A stretch of DNA of 64,000 nucleotides, taken from Gaiellales bacterium. Lineage in GTDB: Bacteria; Actinomycetota; Thermoleophilia; Gaiellales; Gaiellaceae. Below the pieces are notes generated by a model. It worked only from the letters and a program-made list of their open reading frames with translations, was not told the DNA's origin and searched no databases. Below, one piece after another: positions 46,776-54,985 of this stretch. A program made the translations under genes and the position numbers. The stretch is taken from the NCBI GenBank assembly GCA_038253005.1, contig JBBSHO010000002.1, positions 9,568 to 73,567 on the forward strand, given 5' to 3'. How positions within the stretch are numbered: the first letter of the stretch is position 1; every line of letters starts with the position of its first letter.

Positions 46776-47411
46776 TCACCGGCGGCGGATCCGGACGTGG
46801 ACGTGATTGTCGTGGCCTGCGAGGACCTGGACGATGCGGCGTGGGCCGGTCCGGGCGGTGTTCGGGCCGACGAAGACGAGCTGCGCGCCGGCGCGGACGA
46901 AGCGGTCGACGAGGTCCTGCGCGAGCCGGTGGTCGATCTGCGAGGCGCGGTCGGGCGGCCGCTCTCGACGGTCGCGCCGCGGGTAGTAGACGTCCACGTC
47001 GAGGCCGTTCTGGTGCGAGACGTGGCTCGGCCGGCCGAAGCGGATCCCGAAGTCGCCTCCGTGCGGACGGCTGAGGTCTCCGATCCCGACCCGCGGCGCG
47101 CCCGGGTGAGCCCTGGCGAATCCGTTCACGACACGCAGCACGATCCGCACGAGGCGGTCGCTGCCGAAGCGCCGCCAGGCGCGATCCGGCCGGCGCCGGA
47201 GGATCGGATCCCAGGTGAAGTAGCGGCGCCCCGCCGGCGCGAGCTGGACGCCCGCGACGAGCCTCCCGTTCCACGGTCGGCCGAGCGAGGTCGAATGCCG
47301 CCAGTGGATCTGCGGCTGGGCCGGCGCCGTCGCGAGCGCCGCGGCGGAGACCAGGACAGCTACCGTGGGAAACAGCATCGGTCGCGGTTTACGTGCGGGA
47401 CCGATCCGCAA
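46776..47411 (-). CDS. MepA-like penicillin-insensitive murein endopeptidase (LAS metallopeptidase)
   Basis: Motifs SHQNGLDVDV and HDNHVHVR are present with a signal-like N-terminus. The start is TTG 47411 or ATG 47378. Confidence 0.7.
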   Translation of the reverse strand: MRIGPARKPRPMLFPTVAVLVSAAALATAPAQPQIHWRHSTSLGRPWNGRLVAGVQLAPAGRRYFTWDPILRRRPDRAWRRFGSDRLVRIVLRVVNGFARAHPGAPRVGIGDLSRPHGGDFGIRFGRPSHVSHQNGLDVDVYYPRRDRRERPPDRASQIDHRLAQDLVDRFVRAGAQLVFVGPNTARTGPRRIVQVLAGHDNHVHVRIRRR

Positions 47412-47689
47412 GTCCCGGACGTAGACAACGTTCTCTGGGGCGCCGGCTGCATCTTCTACGGCTCAGCGCAGGATCAGATCCGGGCGTTCCGCGCCTTTCA
47501 CATCACCCGCGAGCTCCAGGGGCGTTACGGCTATCCAGCCCTGACCCCGTGCCGCTTCACGCGCAGGCAGCTCGAGGAGATTCGCGCGTCGCTGCCGTTC
47601 CGCCATCAGACGTACGGGCCGCGCAACGAGCATGAGGTGAAGCTCCTGCACGCGCACCACCGCGGCCGGCCGGGCTGAGAGCTGCGCCG

Positions 47690-48895
47690 TTAGGCGAGGA
47701 CGGAGGCGGGCGCCTCGGTCGCGTCCGCGATCTCGCGCACGACCTCCACGATGTCGCGGTTGGCGTTGAAGATCCGCAGCTGGCGGTCCGAGCCGTTCCC
47801 GCGCCGCAGGATCTCCATGATCCCCTCGAGCTCCCGCTCGGACCCGAGCTCACGCGCGTGGGGCCCGATCTCCTTCAGCGTCCGGCGGATGAGCTGCGCC
47901 ACGGGCACGCGGTTCCGCCGACCGGTGGCGAGGTCCATCGCCGGCGCCTCGAGCCCGTAGCGCGCGGCGAGCCACTTGTTCTCGGTGGTGAGGATCCGGT
48001 GGTACGACGGGATCTGCTCGCCCCGCTCGAAGCGCTCGCAGTAGTGCTTGACGAGCGCCTGGCAGTAAGCGGTCAGCGCGACCACGTCCTCGAGCCGCGT
48101 CGTCGCGTCGCAGATCCGGATCTCGATCGTCCCGAGCCGCGGATGCAGGCGGATGTCCCACCAGATGTGCGTGTAGTCCGCGATGCAGCCCGTCTTCTCG
48201 AGCTGGCCGACGACCTCCGCGTAGTCGCCGTAGTTCTCGAATCGCGGCGGGGGGCCGGAGCGGGGGAAGGCCGCGAAGATCATTTGCCGCGAGGACGAGA
48301 GCCCCGTCGGCTCGCCGCGCCAGAACGGGGAGCTGGCCGAGAGGGCGAGCAGCTGGCCGAGGTGCAGGAGCAGCCCGTTCACGACCTGGATCGCCTTCTC
48401 CGCGTCGTCGACCGCGACGTGGATGTGCATCCCGAAGATCAGCTCCCGCCGGGCGACGTACTGGAGCTGGTCGACGAGGTTCCGGTAGCGGTCGCGGGCC
48501 GTGATCCGCTGGCGCTCGAACAGGCTGAACGGATGGGTGCCGGACGAGCCGACGCGCAGGCTCTGGCCGCGCGCGACCTCGCAGACGTACGCGCGGATCT
48601 TCCGCAGCTGCTCCTCGATGTCGGACGCCGTATGGCAGACGGGCGTCGCGATCTCCAGCACCGACTGCATCAGCTCGGCGTTGATCCGCGGCTCGAGCTC
48701 GTGCCCCGCGACCGCCTCGAGCACCGTGTCGATGTGCTGAACGAGGTCGAAGGTCTCGCCGTCGAGCAGCATGTACTCCTCCTCGACCCCGAGCGTGTAC
48801 GGGTCGCTCTGGCCGAAGCGGTGGTCGAGCACGCTGCCGCCTGTCGCGAAGCCTGCGGCCTTGCCCGTGATCGAGGCCGGATAGATCTGTTTCAT
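47690..48895 (-). CDS. carboxylate-amine ligase, glutamate--cysteine ligase family 2 (YbdK-like)
   Basis: TLGVEEEYMLLD, GTHPF, IFGMHIHV and WWDIRLHP are present. The internal ATG 48895 of track ORF 47690..49327 was used. Confidence 0.8.
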   Translation of the reverse strand: MKQIYPASITGKAAGFATGGSVLDHRFGQSDPYTLGVEEEYMLLDGETFDLVQHIDTVLEAVAGHELEPRINAELMQSVLEIATPVCHTASDIEEQLRKIRAYVCEVARGQSLRVGSSGTHPFSLFERQRITARDRYRNLVDQLQYVARRELIFGMHIHVAVDDAEKAIQVVNGLLLHLGQLLALSASSPFWRGEPTGLSSSRQMIFAAFPRSGPPPRFENYGDYAEVVGQLEKTGCIADYTHIWWDIRLHPRLGTIEIRICDATTRLEDVVALTAYCQALVKHYCERFERGEQIPSYHRILTTENKWLAARYGLEAPAMDLATGRRNRVPVAQLIRRTLKEIGPHARELGSERELEGIMEILRRGNGSDRQLRIFNANRDIVEVVREIADATEAPASVLA

Positions 48896-49034
48896 CGCGG
48901 CGTGTCCGGGAGTATCGCGTCCGCCTCGATCTCCACGAGCCAGCGCGGGAACCGCGCGGCAGTAGCCGACCTGGAGCTCCAGCGGGTGGCCGGAACCGAT
49001 TCGGCGCGGCGCCACGCCTCTAGTATCGCGCCGC

Positions 49035-49853
49035 GTGGACGCGCTGACGCAGATCGACGGCTGGCCCGCGCCCCATGCCGCCGCCGCGGTCGTCGCCGCG
49101 GGCACGATCGTGGCGGTGCGAGGTCCGCGCGACCGGGTGTTCCGCTGGGCATCGGTGACGAAGCTCGTCACGGCGCTCGCGGCGCTCGTCGCGGCGGAGG
49201 AGGGGATCGTCGGCCTCGACGAGCCGGCGGGACCGGAGGGCTCGACCGTCCGCCACCTCCTGGCCCACGCGTCCGGGCTCCCGTTCGACCGCGGCGGTCC
49301 GATCTCGCGGCCGGGGCGGCGCCGCATCTACTCGAACGTCGGCTTCGAGACCCTCGCAGAGCACGTCGGCCGCGCGGCCGAGATGCCGTTTGCCGAGTAC
49401 CTGCAGGCCGGCGTGCTGCGGCCGCTGGCGATCGCCGCCGAGCTGCGCGGGTCTCCGGCGTCCGAGCTGCACGGCACGCTCGACGATCTGGCCGGGCTGG
49501 CGCGGGAGCTCCAGCGGCCGACGCTCGTCGCCCCCGAGACGCTCGCGGAGGCGACGAGCGTGCAGTTCCCCGGCCTCGACGGCGTCCTGCCCGACCTCGG
49601 CCGGTTCACGCCGAACGACTGGGGCCTCGGCTTCGAGCTCCGCGACGCTAAGACGCCTCACTGGACCGGCTTGCGCAACTCCGCGCGGACGTTCGGCCAC
49701 TTCGGCGGCAGTGGCGCGTTTCTCTGGGTCGACCCGGACGCGGGCCTCGCGCTCGCGTGCCTGACCGACCTCGACTTCGGCGACTGGGCCAAGCAGGCGT
49801 GGCCGCGACTATCCGACACGGTTCTAGCGGAGGATGCCGGTGTGACCGAGTGA
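49035..49853 (+). CDS. serine hydrolase (beta-lactamase class C-like family)
   Basis: It has SxxK (SVTK). TAGTAT lies 8 nt upstream of GTG 49035. Confidence 0.7.
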   Translation: MDALTQIDGWPAPHAAAAVVAAGTIVAVRGPRDRVFRWASVTKLVTALAALVAAEEGIVGLDEPAGPEGSTVRHLLAHASGLPFDRGGPISRPGRRRIYSNVGFETLAEHVGRAAEMPFAEYLQAGVLRPLAIAAELRGSPASELHGTLDDLAGLARELQRPTLVAPETLAEATSVQFPGLDGVLPDLGRFTPNDWGLGFELRDAKTPHWTGLRNSARTFGHFGGSGAFLWVDPDAGLALACLTDLDFGDWAKQAWPRLSDTVLAEDAGVTE

Positions 49854-51887
49854 GTAGCGGCCCGGCTGTGGCCACACCGAGAGCCCGTGCGGTCCCGATC
49901 CGACCGGGATGCGGGCGAGCAATCGGCCGTTGATGGTGCTGATCGCGTAGACGACGCCGTTGTACCGGCCCGAGAGCCAGAGCACCTTGCCGTCGGCCGA
50001 CACTCCACCCATGTCGGGGCTCCCGCCGCCCGGGATCCGCCACGTCTTGACGATCTTCCTCGTCGCGAAGCTGATCACCGAGATGCTCCCGTCGCCACGA
50101 TTCGTGGCGTACAGGAAGCGTCCGTCGCGGCTCGGGTAGAGCCCGTGCGTACCCGCTCCGGTGGGGAGGAAGCCGATCGGCCGGAATCGGTCGCCCGCTA
50201 CCATCCACAGGCCGTTCGCCGCCTTGTCCGCGATGTAGAACACGGATCCGTCCGGCGAGAGCTTCACGTCTTGCGGCGACGCGCCTCCCGACCCGAGCGT
50301 CAGCGTTCCGACGACGCGTTGCTGCGCGATGTCGACCTTCACGATCTGTCCGGAGAACTCGCAGCTCGCGATCGCGTAGCTCCCGTCGGCCGAGAAGTCC
50401 ATGTGATCGACGCCCCGGCACGGAACGGGCAGGGAGTGATAGAGCCGAAGGGTGTGCGCGTCGCGAAAGTCGAGCCGGGCGTTGCGCTCGGCCACGACGA
50501 TCGCGTAGCGGCCGTCGATCGTGAAGTACATGTTGTACGGATCGGTGACGGGGATCGATCGGCCCGGCGTGCCCGTGCGCGGGTTGAGCGGCGTGACGCT
50601 GTTGCCCTCGTCGTTGAGGACGTACAGCGTTTTCAGGTCGTAGGAGGGCGTGACGTGCTGAGGCAGGGCGCCGACGGCGAAGTGGCGGACGATCCGAAAT
50701 GTGCGGGGATCGATCTCGTCGACTGTGTTGCTGTCGCTGTTGGGGACATAGATGCGGGCGGGAACGCCCTTGACCGCCGGGCTCATCATTCCCGCGCCGT
50801 CATGGGCGTAGACGTTGGCGACGCTGGACCGGGTCGTCGCGGCGAGCAGGCGGCCGGTCGCCGGTGAGAGCGCGCCGATCGACGCCTCCGTTCCGCCCGG
50901 GCCGCGCCCGCCGGCTAGCAGGATCTGGCCGCCGAGCGCCACCGCCGCCAAGTCGGAGCGGGGCGAGGCCAGCTTCCCGCCTAGCCTGACACGGCCCGCT
51001 ACCGGGTCGATCGCGACGACGCGCCCCGTGGGCGTGCCGGAGACGGGACCCCGGCCGCCGATCACGTAAGCCGTCGATCCGAGCGTCGCCGCGGCGGCGT
51101 GCGTCGTCGGAGCGGGGAGGCGGCCGACCCGCCGGATCCGGCCTGTGCGGGGGTCGAAAGCGAGCACCGTGGAGCTCGCGCTGCCGGAAGGAGTCGAGCC
51201 GCCCGCGATCACGACCTTGCCGTCCGCGGCGGTGACCGCGGCGTAGCGAAGCGCGGTCGGCAGGCGTCCTGCGACGCGGGGCGCCGACCCCGGGCGCCAA
51301 GCCAGGATCGTGTCGAGCCAGTGCACGCCGGTGTAGCCGCCCACGACGTAAGCGGTCCCGTCCACGACCGCCGCCGACAGGTCCGAGCTGGGAGCGGGAA
51401 GCCGTCCTACGACCGCAGCCCGGCCGGTACGGGGATCGACGCGCACGATGTCGGCGAGCTGGCGGACTCCGTCCCCGCCGCCGAAGAGATAGACCGAGTC
51501 CCCGAGTCGCACGGCCGCCGCGTCGTGCAAAGCCCCTGGCAGGCGCCCTCGGTCGAGCTCACGCCCCCGGCTGACGAGGCGGATCGTGTCGGTCGAGGCG
51601 TCCGCGGCGCTCAGCCCCCCGAGGAGGATGGCGCTACCCGGCGTCGTGCCGGGAGCTGCCGCCGAGTCCTGGAGCGGCTGCGCCAACGAGCCGCGCGAAG
51701 CCTCGACGAGGCGGACTGCCGTGGCCTTCCGATGCTGCGCGGCCACGACCGCGTGCCGCTGCGCAGCGGCCGGGCGAGTCGCCCCGGCACGGTCGGTGTC
51801 GGTGTCGATCGACGTCCAGGCGATTCCGAGGCCGAGGGTGCCCGCGACGATCGGGGCGGCGAGGAGGAGGAGCCGGCGGCGGCGCAC
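49824..51887 (-). CDS. exported Kelch-repeat / YVTN-type beta-propeller fusion protein
   Basis: The N-terminus MRRRRLLLLAAP is followed by a hydrophobic stretch. Five Kelch-like units follow (VYLFGGG, AYVVGGY, VVIAGGS, AYVIGGR, ILLAGGR), then a second propeller with YVTN-like repeats. Confidence 0.65.
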   Translation of the reverse strand: MRRRRLLLLAAPIVAGTLGLGIAWTSIDTDTDRAGATRPAAAQRHAVVAAQHRKATAVRLVEASRGSLAQPLQDSAAAPGTTPGSAILLGGLSAADASTDTIRLVSRGRELDRGRLPGALHDAAAVRLGDSVYLFGGGDGVRQLADIVRVDPRTGRAAVVGRLPAPSSDLSAAVVDGTAYVVGGYTGVHWLDTILAWRPGSAPRVAGRLPTALRYAAVTAADGKVVIAGGSTPSGSASSTVLAFDPRTGRIRRVGRLPAPTTHAAAATLGSTAYVIGGRGPVSGTPTGRVVAIDPVAGRVRLGGKLASPRSDLAAVALGGQILLAGGRGPGGTEASIGALSPATGRLLAATTRSSVANVYAHDGAGMMSPAVKGVPARIYVPNSDSNTVDEIDPRTFRIVRHFAVGALPQHVTPSYDLKTLYVLNDEGNSVTPLNPRTGTPGRSIPVTDPYNMYFTIDGRYAIVVAERNARLDFRDAHTLRLYHSLPVPCRGVDHMDFSADGSYAIASCEFSGQIVKVDIAQQRVVGTLTLGSGGASPQDVKLSPDGSVFYIADKAANGLWMVAGDRFRPIGFLPTGAGTHGLYPSRDGRFLYATNRGDGSISVISFATRKIVKTWRIPGGGSPDMGGVSADGKVLWLSGRYNGVVYAISTINGRLLARIPVGSGPHGLSVWPQPGRYSLGHTGILR

Positions 51888-51926
51888 GATCCCCCAGGAT
51901 GCCGGAGTCCGGCGGACGGCGCGTCG

Positions 51927-52304
51927 TTAGCCGTCGTCGGCGAAGAGCGGGCGCACGAGCTCGTCGAAGGTCTCGCGGTCGCAGCTCGCGACCGTCGCCG
52001 GGGTGAGTGCGCGCACCGAAGCCGTCCGCTGGACTCCCATCGCGAGCGCCACCTCACCGAAGTACTCGCCCGGGCGCAGGACGCTCTGTGCGCCGCGACT
52101 CACCTGACTGACGGTGAGCAGCCCGGAGAGGAGGACGTAGAACCGCTCGCCGGCGTCGCCCTCGGTCACGATTCCTGCGCCGGCCGGAATCTCTTCCCGC
52201 TCCATGCGCGCGGCCAGCCGATTCAGCGTCTCTCCCGGCAGGGTTGCGAGGAGGCCGACGCGCGAGAGCTCGTGCGCCGTGGCGCCCGCCGCGCGCGGGC
52301 TCAC
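51927..52304 (-). CDS. stand-alone cyclic nucleotide-binding domain protein
   Basis: The 125-aa ORF has a cNMP-binding phosphate-binding cassette (GEYFGEVALAMGVQRTASV). No DNA-binding domain is present. Confidence 0.75.
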   Translation of the reverse strand: MSPRAAGATAHELSRVGLLATLPGETLNRLAARMEREEIPAGAGIVTEGDAGERFYVLLSGLLTVSQVSRGAQSVLRPGEYFGEVALAMGVQRTASVRALTPATVASCDRETFDELVRPLFADDG

Positions 52305-52432
52305 TCGGGGTCTTCCTCCGGCTCGTCCTGCTTCCGATCCTCGTGTCCGGCTCCGCGCATGGCCTCCTCGTCGTTGCGGCGGTCCGGCCCCTGCTCGTGC
52401 TCTTCCTCGGTCGGCTCTGGATGGTCGTGCAC
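52301..52432 (-). CDS. 43-aa highly acidic His-containing mini-protein, translationally coupled to the cNMP-binding gene
   Basis: VHDHPEPTEEEHEQGPDRRNDEEAMRGAGHEDRKQDEPEEDPE* is not in the ORF track. SD AAGGAG lies 5 nt upstream of GTG 52432. The stop overlaps the downstream GTG as GTGA. Confidence 0.55.
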   Translation of the reverse strand: MHDHPEPTEEEHEQGPDRRNDEEAMRGAGHEDRKQDEPEEDPE

Positions 52433-52463
52433 GGTCGCTCCTTCGCGGTAGGGTCGGCCCATT

Positions 52464-52969
52464 GTGTCCGTTCTGGACGAGTGGAGGTTCTGTCCCCGCT
52501 GTGCGGTCGAGCTGCAGCGGGAGCCCGGGCGAGTCGAGTGTCCGGTGTGCGGCTACGTCGGGTACGCGAACGCGGCGCCCGCGGCGGAAGCGATCTGCTT
52601 CGACGAGCAGGCTCGCGTGCTGCTCGGGTGTCGCGCCTTCGATCCGGGCAAGGGGCTCTGGGATCTCCCCGGCGGTTTCCTGCAGGAGCGCGAAGCTCCC
52701 GTCGACGGGCTGCGGCGCGAGCTGAGGGAAGAAACGGCTCTCGAGGCCGACGAGCTCGATTCCTCGGCTTCTGGCTCGAGCCGTACGACGGTCGGACCGT
52801 TCTGTGCTTGACGTGGACCGCGTGGGTGAGCGGCGAGCCGTGCGCCGGCGACGACCTCGTCGAGCTGGCCTGGTTCGAGCCCGACGACCTTCCTTCGGCC
52901 CGGGAGCTGGCCTTCTCGCACTATCCCGATGCGCTCTCAGCGGCGCTCAGGCGGCACGAGCACGCGTAG
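52464..52969 (+). pseudogene. Nudix hydrolase with N-terminal zinc ribbon (NudC-like), interrupted by a frameshift near 52758..52762
   Basis: Frame A (52464..52811) has CPRC...CPVCG and the Nudix box GGFLQEREAPVDGLRRELREET. The rest of the fold (FLGFWLEPYDGRTVLCLTWTAW...WFEPDDLP) continues in the -1 frame to 52969. Confidence 0.65.
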
Positions 52970-53737
52970 CGCCGCCGGCTCGACCCGGAACTCGATCGGC
53001 GTCTCCAGCTCGTCCGGCTCGCCGTCGATCACGGCCTCGAGGCGGCCTGCTGCGGCGTCGAGGCGAAAGGCGACTCCCCGACGCTCGGCCCACTCGCTCC
53101 GTACGAGGCTCACCGGCGCGTAGAGGTGGAGAAGCCCCTCGTCGAGCCGGTCGCGCTCGCCGACCGAGAGCAGCTCGAGCGAGTACGAATTGTTCGCGAG
53201 GAGGACGACCCGCGCCTCGAGCGGCTCGCCGTCGACGGTGATCCCGAGCGGGTCGCGGTGGACCGCGAGGATCGCGAGCGCCCGCAGCCGTGCGAGCGCC
53301 TGCCGCCGACGCCGGTGTCCCTCGCGCCGGTGCACGAGCTGCGCGTAGAGCCCGAGGGAGACGTTGTTGACGAAGAGCCGCTCGCCCGCGCGGCCCACGT
53401 CGATCCGTCGCTCCGTCCCGGCGAAGGCGTCCAGCGCCCCGATCGGGTCGTCGCGGTCGAGCCCGATGTCGCGAGCGAAATGATTTCGCGTCCCGAACGG
53501 GATGCAGACGAAGGGCAGCCCTCGAGCGAGCGCCGCCTCGGCCACCGAGGCGAGCGAGCCGTCGCCGCCGGCGATCCCGAGGGCGTCGGCGTCGGATGAG
53601 CGAGCGAGCTCGGCCGGATCGTCGTCCTGGTCGAGTACATGCGTGTCGATCCCGCGCTCGCGCGCCGCCGCGACGAGCTCCTCGGCGTTCGGCTTGTCGC
53701 CTCCCGACCGGGGATTGACGAGGAGATACCCGCCCAT
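52937..53737 (-). CDS. diacylglycerol/lipid kinase family protein (DAGK catalytic domain, YegS-like)
   Basis: GGDGS and the PFGTRNHFARD motif are present. TAGTCT lies 5 nt upstream of the ATG. Confidence 0.8.
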   Translation of the reverse strand: MGGYLLVNPRSGGDKPNAEELVAAARERGIDTHVLDQDDDPAELARSSDADALGIAGGDGSLASVAEAALARGLPFVCIPFGTRNHFARDIGLDRDDPIGALDAFAGTERRIDVGRAGERLFVNNVSLGLYAQLVHRREGHRRRRQALARLRALAILAVHRDPLGITVDGEPLEARVVLLANNSYSLELLSVGERDRLDEGLLHLYAPVSLVRSEWAERRGVAFRLDAAAGRLEAVIDGEPDELETPIEFRVEPAALRVLVPPERR

Positions 53738-53821
53738 GATTCAGACTATGGGTCCAGCAGGCCCGCACGATGAGCCGTTCGGCCCATGATGCCGTCCGCA
53801 GCGCGTGTCGATCATTCACGC

Positions 53822-53968
53822 ATGAGCGAACGCGGCCTGCACCAGATCGAGGACGACCTCAGCGACACCTGGCTCGAGGACTGGGCCGGGGCGGGCGTCG
53901 CGGAGATCGAGGCGTACCTCGCCAAGCACGCGGCTTTCCTGCGCTTCATCGAGTCGCAGGAAGCCTAG
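53822..53968 (+). CDS. 48-aa hypothetical protein
   Basis: MSERGLHQIEDDLSDTWLEDWAGAGVAEIEAYLAKHAAFLRFIESQEA. GATCAT lies 6 nt upstream of ATG 53822; the track start is 53786. Confidence 0.4.
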   Translation: MSERGLHQIEDDLSDTWLEDWAGAGVAEIEAYLAKHAAFLRFIESQEA

Positions 53969-54032
53969 TAGTCAGCACGGCGGCGAGGATGATTTCCTCG
54001 CCCGGGCGAGGAAATCGTTTAGATTCTCCGCC

Positions 54033-54560
54033 GTGATGAAGCTCAGCTACCTGTGGCGTGGCCTACCCGGCCATCCGATCCATCCGCCGTTGACGGACGC
54101 GACGATCGGGATCTACACGTTCGCGACGATCGCGGCCTTCATCGACGTCGTCGGCATCACCGACAAGACCGGCGCGTACGGCTGGTGGATTGCGCTGATC
54201 ATCGGCCTGATCACGACCGTCGCCACCGCGCTGACCGGCTTCCTCGACTGGCTGACGATCGAGTGGGGCAGCGAGCTCTGGAAGACCGCGACGACGCACA
54301 TGATCGCGATGCTCACGGCGACCGTGTTCTTCGGCCTCGCTGCGATCTTCGGGCACGCGAGCTACACGCACGGAGACGTCAGCTCCGGCGCGTTCATTCT
54401 CACGCTGATCGGCTTCGGGTTCCTGACCGTTGGCGGCTGGCTCGGCGGCGCGATCACCTACGTGCACGGGATGCGCGTGCTGAAGCTGGTCGACGAGCCG
54501 GTGGAGCGCGCCGCGGCGCCTCTGCCGCACCCGGAGAAGGAAGCGGCCGAGGGAGCCTAG
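54033..54560 (+). CDS. DUF2231 domain membrane protein
   Basis: The HPIHPPLTD N-terminal signature is followed by four TM helices. TAGATT lies 7 nt upstream of the GTG. Confidence 0.75.
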   Translation: MMKLSYLWRGLPGHPIHPPLTDATIGIYTFATIAAFIDVVGITDKTGAYGWWIALIIGLITTVATALTGFLDWLTIEWGSELWKTATTHMIAMLTATVFFGLAAIFGHASYTHGDVSSGAFILTLIGFGFLTVGGWLGGAITYVHGMRVLKLVDEPVERAAAPLPHPEKEAAEGA

Positions 54561-54571
54561 GCTCCCTCGGC
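54546..54571. terminator. 26-nt perfect palindrome GCCGAGGGAGCCTAGGCTCCCTCGGC centred on the overlapping stop codons of the DUF2231 gene and trxA
   Basis: Read directly from the sequence. CTAG at 54557..54560 contains both TAG stops. Both proteins end ...AEGA. Confidence 0.7.
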
Positions 54572-54880
54572 AAGTCCCAACGCGCGCTCGATCGCGCCTT
54601 TTGGCTGCGCCCCGACCGCGGCTGCGGCGGGCTCGCCGCCCTTGAAGAGGATCATCATCGGGATCGACTGCACGCCGTAGCGCTGGGCCAGCCCCTGCTC
54701 CTCGTCGATGTTCACCTTGACGAGCTTGAGCTCGTCCTTGCGCTCCTCGGCGATCTTGTCGAGCACCGGTGAGACCGCGTGACACGGGCCGCACCACTCG
54801 GCCCAGAAGTCGACGAGCACGGGCTTGTCGCTCTGGAGCACTTCCTGCTCGAAGCTTGCTTCCTTGATGTCGGTGGCCAT
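54557..54880 (-). CDS. trxA: thioredoxin
   Basis: The WCGPC active site is present in a 107-aa protein. The internal ATG of track ORF 54557..56116 was used, with SD AAAGGA. Confidence 0.92.
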   Translation of the reverse strand: MATDIKEASFEQEVLQSDKPVLVDFWAEWCGPCHAVSPVLDKIAEERKDELKLVKVNIDEEQGLAQRYGVQSIPMMILFKGGEPAAAAVGAQPKGAIERALGLAEGA

Positions 54881-54972
54881 CGAGTCCTTTCGCTTTGCTG
54901 GGCGATTCGTCCTACCCAGGAAAGAACGCGACGAACCGTCGCGATGTTCCCGGCCGGTCGCAGCGTGGCTTC

Positions 54973-54978
54973 TAGAAT
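54973..54978 (+). promoter_or_regulatory. -10-like TAGAAT, 7 nt upstream of ileS GTG 54986
   Basis: Fixed-distance TANNNT pattern. Confidence 0.5.
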
Positions 54979-54985
54979 CGACGGC

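Noticed and set aside
47412-47689. Cyclic-di-AMP (ydaO-type) riboswitch upstream of the cell-wall endopeptidase gene.
   Set aside because: The minus-strand RNA lacks the conserved ACCCGA...CAGCUAACC and GGGGAcCCA elements. The region is kept as an unexplained spacer in the findings.
54881-54985. Actinobacterial-type T-box leader upstream of ileS. A hairpin at 54887..54925 has AUU in its loop.
   Set aside because: No T-box sequence (GGUGGUACCGCG-like) or UGGN bulge is present. A TAGAAT box 7 nt before GTG 54986 indicates a leaderless mRNA, which leaves no room for a riboswitch.
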